From an archaeon (GTDB taxonomy: Archaea > Nanobdellota > Nanobdellia > SCGC-AAA011-G17 > GCA-2687815): a stretch of 38,468 nt of DNA. The stretch lies in contig NZBH01000006.1 of the NCBI GenBank assembly GCA_002687815.1, positions 1 to 38,468 on the forward strand, read 5' to 3'. Below the pieces are notes generated by a model. It worked only from the letters and a program-made list of their open reading frames with translations. It was not told the DNA's origin and did no database searches. Shown here piece after piece: positions 33,902-38,468 of this stretch. Within the stretch, counting starts at the first letter, position 1. Each line of letters begins with the position of its first letter. Made by a program: the position numbers and the translations under genes.

Positions 33902-34381
33902 ATGGTAGATAAAAATTTTAAGTATCTTGTACGAGTTGCAAACACTGACCTAGATGGAAATAAATCAATTTATCCAGCACTAAGAAAAATAAAAGGTATT
34001 AGTTTTGCATTTTCTAATGCAGTTTGTAGACTTAGTAATGTAGATCCAGGAAAAAAAGTAGGCCATCTTTCAGATGATGAAGTTAAAAAATTAGATGATG
34101 TATTAAAGAATTTATCAGGAGTTCCAAAATGGTTATTCAACAGAAGAAAAGATTATGAAGATGGAAGTGATAAACATTTATTAACTTCAACATTAAAATT
34201 AACAAAGGAATTTGATATTAAAAGATTACAAAAAACTAAAACTTACCGAGGAATGAGACATTCTTTTGGCTTACCTGTAAGGGGTCAAAGAACTAAGGGA
34301 CATTTTAGAAAAGGTAAAAGTCTTGGTGTTCAAAAGAATAAAATTAAAGATTCTCAAAAAAGTAATAAGGAGAAAAAATAA
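33902..34381 (+). CDS. rps13: 30S ribosomal protein uS13
   Basis: 159 aa. FKYLVRVANTDLDGNKSIYPALRKIKGIS...YRGMRHSFGLPVRGQRTK. Confidence 0.9.
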   Translation: MVDKNFKYLVRVANTDLDGNKSIYPALRKIKGISFAFSNAVCRLSNVDPGKKVGHLSDDEVKKLDDVLKNLSGVPKWLFNRRKDYEDGSDKHLLTSTLKLTKEFDIKRLQKTKTYRGMRHSFGLPVRGQRTKGHFRKGKSLGVQKNKIKDSQKSNKEKK

Positions 34382-34385
34382 GTAA

Positions 34386-34919
34386 ATGGGAGATCCAAAA
34401 AAACAAAGGAAAAAGTATAGTAAACCAAAACACCCTTGGGAAGAAGGAAGAATAAAAGAAGAAAAAGAATTGAAGATGGAGTATGGTCTTAAAAATAAAA
34501 AAGAAATCTGGAAAACAGAATCAAAACTTAAAAAAATAAAAGATCAAACTAAAAGATTAATTACAAATAAAACAGAACAAGCAAAAAAAGAAGAAAAAGA
34601 ATTATTATTAAAATTATATAAATTGGGCTTAATTAAAAAAAGTGCAAAACTTGATGATATTCTCAGTTTAGATTTAAAAAGTATTTTAGATAGAAGATTA
34701 CAAACATTAGTTTTTAAAAAAAATTTATCAACAAGTGTAAAACAAGCAAGACAATTTATTACTCATGGTCACATTACAATTTCAAGTAAAAAAATAGATG
34801 TTCCTTCATACCTTGTAAATTTAGATGAAGAAAATAAGATAAGTTTCTTTGGAAGAAGTTTATTGTCAAAAGATGATCATCCAGAAGCTGCTAAATTAGA
34901 TAAAAATGGACAGAAATAA
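34386..34919 (+). CDS. rps4: 30S ribosomal protein uS4
   Basis: 177 aa. [17 protein letters not shown]..., S4 domain [28 protein letters not shown]. Confidence 0.9.
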   Translation: MGDPKKQRKKYSKPKHPWEEGRIKEEKELKMEYGLKNKKEIWKTESKLKKIKDQTKRLITNKTEQAKKEEKELLLKLYKLGLIKKSAKLDDILSLDLKSILDRRLQTLVFKKNLSTSVKQARQFITHGHITISSKKIDVPSYLVNLDEENKISFFGRSLLSKDDHPEAAKLDKNGQK

Positions 34920-35313
34920 AAGACCAAATTTAAGATGGGGAATCGCAAATATTTTTTCTAGTTATAACAATACAATAATTCACATTACTGATATTACTGG
35001 AAGTGAAACTATTGCAAAAGCTTCAGGAGGTATGATGGTAAAATCTGACCGTCTTGAATCTAGTCCAACAGCAGCAATGTCTGCTGCTAAAAAAGTTGCA
35101 GAAGAAATGAGGGAAAAGGGAATAAATGCAATACATGTAAAGGTCAGAGCTCCAGGGGGTCATAATGGTCCAAATAATCCTGGTCCAGGAGCACAAGCAG
35201 CCATAAGAACATTTTCAAGAGTTGGAATAAGAATCGGTGTTATAGCAGATGTTACTCCAGTTCCACATGGTGGCTGTCGTAAAAAAGGTGGTAAAAGAGG
35301 GAGGAGAGTATGA
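34906..35313 (+). CDS. rps11: 30S ribosomal protein uS11
   Basis: 135 aa. [36 protein letters not shown]...[10 protein letters not shown]...[11 protein letters not shown]. Confidence 0.9.
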   Translation: MDRNKRPNLRWGIANIFSSYNNTIIHITDITGSETIAKASGGMMVKSDRLESSPTAAMSAAKKVAEEMREKGINAIHVKVRAPGGHNGPNNPGPGAQAAIRTFSRVGIRIGVIADVTPVPHGGCRKKGGKRGRRV

Positions 35314-36098
35314 TTGAAATTAAATCTTTAAAAGAAACTAATGAAAAATTAGATTTTGTTATTAAAAATATTGATGCTGTTACAGCAAATACTATAAGAA
35401 GACTTATTGTTAGTGAAATTCCTATAATGGCAATAGAAGCAGTTAATGTAATTAAAAATAATTCTGCATTATATGATGAAATGCTTTCACATAGGCTCGG
35501 TTTAATACCATTTAAAACTGATTTAAGTTCTTATAATTTAAAAGAAAAGTGTAAATGCAAAGAAAAAGGGTGTGCTTTATGTGAACTTACTTTAAGTTTA
35601 AAAGCAACTGGTCCTTGTACAGTTTATTCTGAAGATATTAAAAGTAAAGATCCAAAAGTAAAGCCAGTTTATCCAAAAATGCCTATTGTTAAATTATTAA
35701 AAGGGCAAACACTAGAATTAGAAATTATAGCAATACTTGGACATGGAAAGGATCATGCTAAATTTAGTCCTGGTTTAGTTCATTATCAAGCTTATCCAAA
35801 GATTAAAGTTACTAATTGTAAAGGTTCTAGCAAATGTGTTGAAGTATGTCCAAAAGATGTATTTCAAGTATCAAATAAAAAAGTAAAAGTAGTAAATGAA
35901 ATAAATTGCATTTTGTGTAAAGCTTGTGAAGAAGCTTGTCCCCATGGTGCTATAAATATTGAAGATAGTAAAACAGACTTTATTTTTCATGTTGAATCTT
36001 GGGGGCAATTAAAACCAAAAAAACTATTATTAACAGCCATAGATATGCTAGAAGATAAATTAGATGACTTTAATAAAAGTCTAAAGAAATTAAAATAA
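35310..36098 (+). CDS. rpoD: DNA-directed RNA polymerase subunit D (Rpo3) with a ferredoxin-like Fe-S domain
   Basis: 262 aa. [18 protein letters not shown], plus [15 protein letters not shown] and a complete CxxCxxCxxxCP ([12 protein letters not shown]). Confidence 0.9.
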   Translation: MIEIKSLKETNEKLDFVIKNIDAVTANTIRRLIVSEIPIMAIEAVNVIKNNSALYDEMLSHRLGLIPFKTDLSSYNLKEKCKCKEKGCALCELTLSLKATGPCTVYSEDIKSKDPKVKPVYPKMPIVKLLKGQTLELEIIAILGHGKDHAKFSPGLVHYQAYPKIKVTNCKGSSKCVEVCPKDVFQVSNKKVKVVNEINCILCKACEEACPHGAINIEDSKTDFIFHVESWGQLKPKKLLLTAIDMLEDKLDDFNKSLKKLK

Positions 36099-36099
36099 G

Positions 36100-36210
36100 G
36101 CGGGAGTGCCGGAGTGGTCAAAAACTTTTTTATTGAAAAGTTGGCTTAACGGACATGGCTAAGGACCATGTGGCTTAGTGCCTACGCAGGTTCGAACCCT
36201 GTCTCCCGCA
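36100..36210 (+). tRNA. Class II tRNA, most likely tRNA-Leu. The anticodon loop reads CUAAGGA (anticodon AAG by standard numbering). Carries a ~24-27 nt insertion in the D-loop.
   Basis: Hand fold: acceptor GCGGGAG/CTCCCGC with discriminator A. D-stem CCG/CGG enclosing a 38-nt loop (36112..36149) that contains a perfect 7-bp hairpin, AACTTTT..AAAAGTT. Anticodon stem CATGG/CCATG. 15-nt variable arm TGGCTTAGTGCCTAC. T-arm GCAGG-TTCGAAC-CCTGT. Confidence 0.7.
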
Positions 36211-36220
36211 TAAAGATAAA

Positions 36221-36580
36221 ATGAAAAGAACAGGTCCAGAAAATATAGAATTGAAGAATTTAATTGAAAAATTAAATGATTTAGCTATTAAGGAAAAGGT
36301 AAAATTATGGAAAAGAATAGCTAGAGAGCTAGAAAGATCAACAAGACAAAGAAGATCTGTTAATATCTACAAAATTGATAAAAATACTAATGAAAATGAA
36401 ACGGCATTAGTTCCTGGCAAAGTTTTAAGTGAAGGGGAATTAACTAAAAAAATTAAAGTTGCTGCATTTAGTTTTTCAGAAAAAGCTAAAGAAAAAATAA
36501 ACAAAAAAGGAAAAGCAATTACAATTGAAGAATTAATTAAAGAAAATCCAAAAGGCAGAGACGTGAGGATTATAGGATGA
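36221..36580 (+). CDS. rpl18e: 50S ribosomal protein eL18 (L18e)
   Basis: 119 aa. LWKRIARELERSTRQRRSVNIYKI...ALVPGKVLSEGELTKKIKVAAFSFSEKAKEKI. Canonical position before L13. Confidence 0.85.
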   Translation: MKRTGPENIELKNLIEKLNDLAIKEKVKLWKRIARELERSTRQRRSVNIYKIDKNTNENETALVPGKVLSEGELTKKIKVAAFSFSEKAKEKINKKGKAITIEELIKENPKGRDVRIIG

Positions 36581-36990
36581 TCATAGATGCAAAAAACTTA
36601 ATATTGGGAAGAATGGCAAGTTTTGTAGCTAAGAAAGCATTACTTGGAGAAAAAATAGATGTTGTTAATTGCGAAGAAGCAATAATAACGGGAAGTAAGA
36701 AAGCAATATTAGCAAAACATCAACAAAAAAGAGAAAGAGGAGAACCATTCCACGGACCATTTTTTCCTAAAAGAGAAGATAGAATAGTTAAAAGAGCTAT
36801 TAGGAACATGTTACCATATAAGAAAGAACGTGGAGAGAAAGCTTTAAAAAATATTAAATGTCATACTAAAGTTCCAAACAAATTTAAAAATGAAAGATTA
36901 GAAACAATAGAATCTGCTAATGTTTCTAAAATAAAAAATTTAAAATACATGAAAATTAAGGAAATTTCAGATTTTTTGGGTAGAACATGA
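36577..36990 (+). CDS. rpl13: 50S ribosomal protein uL13
   Basis: 137 aa. IIDAKNLILGRMASFVAKKALLGEKIDVVNCEEAIITG...IVKRAIRNMLP. Confidence 0.9.
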   Translation: MIIDAKNLILGRMASFVAKKALLGEKIDVVNCEEAIITGSKKAILAKHQQKRERGEPFHGPFFPKREDRIVKRAIRNMLPYKKERGEKALKNIKCHTKVPNKFKNERLETIESANVSKIKNLKYMKIKEISDFLGRT

Positions 36991-37391
36991 AAAAAATTGT
37001 CCATATATCAGGAAAGAGAAAAACAGCAGTAGCAAGAGCTACCTTAAAAGAAGGTAAAGGACTTATAAGGATAAATCGTAAGCCATTAAATATATATGGC
37101 TCAGAATTAGCAAGATTAAGAATTCAAGAGCCTTTGTTAATAGCTGGAGACATTGTAAACAAAGTTAATATTGATGTTAATGTTAAAGGTGGAGGATGGC
37201 AAAGTCAATCAGAAGCTTCTAGATTGGCAATTGCTCGTGCTTTAATGGAATTTTCTGGAAATAAACAGCTTAAAAAAGATTTTCTGGATTATGATAGAAA
37301 CTTAGTTGTAGCTGATGTAAGAAGAAGAGAATCAAGAAAACCAAATAATTCAAAAGGAGCAAGAGCTAAAAGACAAAAATCTTACCGTTAA
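36987..37391 (+). CDS. rps9: 30S ribosomal protein uS9
   Basis: 134 aa. GKRKTAVARATLKEGKG.IRIN...GGGWQSQSEASRLAIARAL...DVRRRESRKPN..GARAKRQKSYR. Confidence 0.9.
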   Translation: MKKIVHISGKRKTAVARATLKEGKGLIRINRKPLNIYGSELARLRIQEPLLIAGDIVNKVNIDVNVKGGGWQSQSEASRLAIARALMEFSGNKQLKKDFLDYDRNLVVADVRRRESRKPNNSKGARAKRQKSYR

Positions 37392-37392
37392 A

Positions 37393-37590
37393 ATGATAAT
37401 ACCAATAAGATGTATAAGTTGTGGAAAACCTGTAGCCCACTTATGGGAAGACTATAAGAAAAGGGTTTTAAATGAGAAAGATAGAAAAAAAGTAATGGAT
37501 GAAATCGGCTTAGATAGATATTGTTGCAGAGCCCTATTTTTAGGACATGTTGATTTACTAGATACAGTTGCAAGATTTAAGAAAGGTTAA
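37393..37590 (+). CDS. rpoN: DNA-directed RNA polymerase subunit N (Rpo10)
   Basis: 65 aa. MIIPIRCISCGKPVAHLWEDYKK...GLDRYCCRALFLGHVDL. Confidence 0.9.
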   Translation: MIIPIRCISCGKPVAHLWEDYKKRVLNEKDRKKVMDEIGLDRYCCRALFLGHVDLLDTVARFKKG

Positions 37591-37623
37591 ATTTTTATAT
37601 TCTTTTTCTAATTTTTTCTTTTT

Positions 37624-38028
37624 ATGAGAGATCAAAACTGGTTAGAATCTAGATTAGAACAGATATGGCAATTACTTTTCCCAGAAGTTGAGAAAAAAAA
37701 CAATGTAATTATAAAATTTAAGGGAAGATGGAAAAATAAATTCGGCCATATTAAGCTTTTAAAGGATAAAAGTACAGAAATCTGTATTAACGGCTTATTT
37801 TCTAATGAATTAGTCCCAGAGTATATTGTTGATTTAACAATTGCACATGAATTAATACATTATGGCCATGGTTTCCAAAGCCCCCATAAACAGAAATTTA
37901 GATACCCCCATCAAGGAAGTGTTGTTAAAAGAGAGCTAATGAATCGTGGTTTTGCTCATTTATTAAGATTAGAAAAGAAATTTATAAAAGAAGATTGGTT
38001 AATTCTTTATAAAAGTTTAACAAGATAA
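37624..38028 (+). CDS. Putative zinc metallopeptidase, SprT-like / HExxH
   Basis: 134 aa. IIKFKGRWKNKFGHIKLL...ICINGLF......TIAHELIHYGHG (HExxH) follows the SprT-like layout. No other domain. Confidence 0.5.
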   Translation: MRDQNWLESRLEQIWQLLFPEVEKKNNVIIKFKGRWKNKFGHIKLLKDKSTEICINGLFSNELVPEYIVDLTIAHELIHYGHGFQSPHKQKFRYPHQGSVVKRELMNRGFAHLLRLEKKFIKEDWLILYKSLTR

Positions 38029-38334
38029 TTATTTCTTTCTGCTCTTTAAAGGAAATCTCATATATTTTTTGCAATTTTTACAATAATATACTAATTTTTT
38101 ATCTTTTGTCCTTATTCTGCAATTTTCTCCAGGTTTTAAAAAGGTATAACAATGCTTGCAAAATTGTTTTTTTATGTTTCTTGGTATTTTTGTTTTAGTT
38201 TTCATAGAAATCTTTCTTGCTAATCCAACATATCTATTAGATAGTTTTGGATCTTTTTTAAATACCAATTTAGCTTCTCTAAATAGCTTTTTTATTCTTT
38301 CTAGAGCTATTTCCCTTTGTTTAGTCTTTAACAT
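38029..38334 (-). CDS. rnp4: RNase P protein component 4 (Rpp21/Rpr2 family, zinc ribbon)
   Basis: 101 aa. IALERIKKLFREAK.....LSNRYVGLARKISMKTKTKIPRNIKKQFCKHCYTFLKPGENCRIRTK..KLVYYCKNCKKYMRFP. Confidence 0.8.
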   Translation of the reverse strand: MLKTKQREIALERIKKLFREAKLVFKKDPKLSNRYVGLARKISMKTKTKIPRNIKKQFCKHCYTFLKPGENCRIRTKDKKLVYYCKNCKKYMRFPLKSRKK

Positions 38335-38394
38335 TAAAAAAATAAAAAGTAGAAATATTATTTAAAGATTAGTAAAAAGAAGCGAAGGAAAAAT

Positions 38395-38468
38395 TTATTC
38401 GCTTTCTGATTCTTCATCAGATGATTCTTCTTCTTTAGATTCTTCATCAGATGAATCTTCTTCTTTAG
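38395..38468 (-). CDS. 3' end of an unidentified gene running in from beyond the window (acidic Ser/Asp/Glu tail)
   Basis: The minus-strand frame reads ...KEEDSSDEESKEEESSDEESESE-stop (TAA at 38397..38395). Only 24 codons are visible and there is no stop within them. Confidence 0.35.
   Translation of the reverse strand, partial: KEEDSSDEESKEEESSDEESESE

Noticed and set aside
35800-35960. Cys clusters in RpoD as an unusual Fe-S insertion
   Set aside because: A ferredoxin-like 4Fe-4S domain in archaeal RNA polymerase subunit D is a known feature of many archaea, so it is not novel.
38395-38468. Repeated CUGAUGA motifs on the minus strand that resemble C/D-box sRNA boxes
   Set aside because: The spacing does not fit the C-D'-C'-D layout, because no terminal CUGA follows the second UGAUGA. 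The repeat is fully explained as a duplicated SSDEES(K/E)EE coding unit ending in a stop codon.
1-38468. CRISPR arrays, transposases or IS elements, prophage genes
   Set aside because: The only repeats found are intragenic coding repeats. I saw no regularly spaced short repeats in non-coding DNA and no transposase-, integrase- or capsid-like ORFs.

Overview
This is a visibly AT-rich, very gene-dense archaeal window with many 1-11 nt gene overlaps and several GTG/TTG starts. It is dominated by archaeal information-processing operons.

Minus strand, roughly 4.9-10.7 kb: the exosome/proteasome superoperon (Pop5, unknown ORF, PsmA, SBDS, Rrp4, Rrp41, Rrp42) is fused directly to rpoK-eno. Rpp30, pyrH and a DUF357-like gene lie upstream at 15.4-16.9 kb.

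Plus strand, 32.3-37.6 kb: L21e-RpoF-DUF655-S13-S4-S11-RpoD-tRNA-L18e-L13-S9-RpoN. L35Ae, L10e and PEP synthase lie at 21.9-25.2 kb.

Other RNA and RNase P content: three tRNA genes (Gly with a canonical intron, Val, and a class II Leu-like tRNA with a D-loop insertion) and three RNase P protein subunits (Pop5, Rpp30, Rpp21).

The reduced protein lengths (enolase, Rpp30, LspA), the AT richness and the surface-protein content suggest a small-genome DPANN-type archaeon. That assignment is inference only.

Accessory content sits between the housekeeping blocks:
- a pilin-like gene coupled to a 599-aa protein with 13 four-cysteine modules
- a patatin-like lipase coupled to enolase
- a surface-protein island (secreted Cys protein, PKD/FN3 membrane protein, membrane-anchored subtilase) splitting Rpp30 from Pop5
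- a convergent ATP-grasp ligase / N-formylglutamate-amidohydrolase-like pair with a small cationic peptide ORF
- two paralogous nucleotidyltransferase-helical-domain proteins
- a bacterial-type signal peptidase II
- a translationally coupled three-gene operon of unknown function (26720..30701), whose last gene is a xylose-isomerase/EndoIV-like TIM barrel interrupted by a ~240-280 aa charged helical insertion. This operon is the best candidate for an undescribed system.

I saw no CRISPR array, transposase or integrase.
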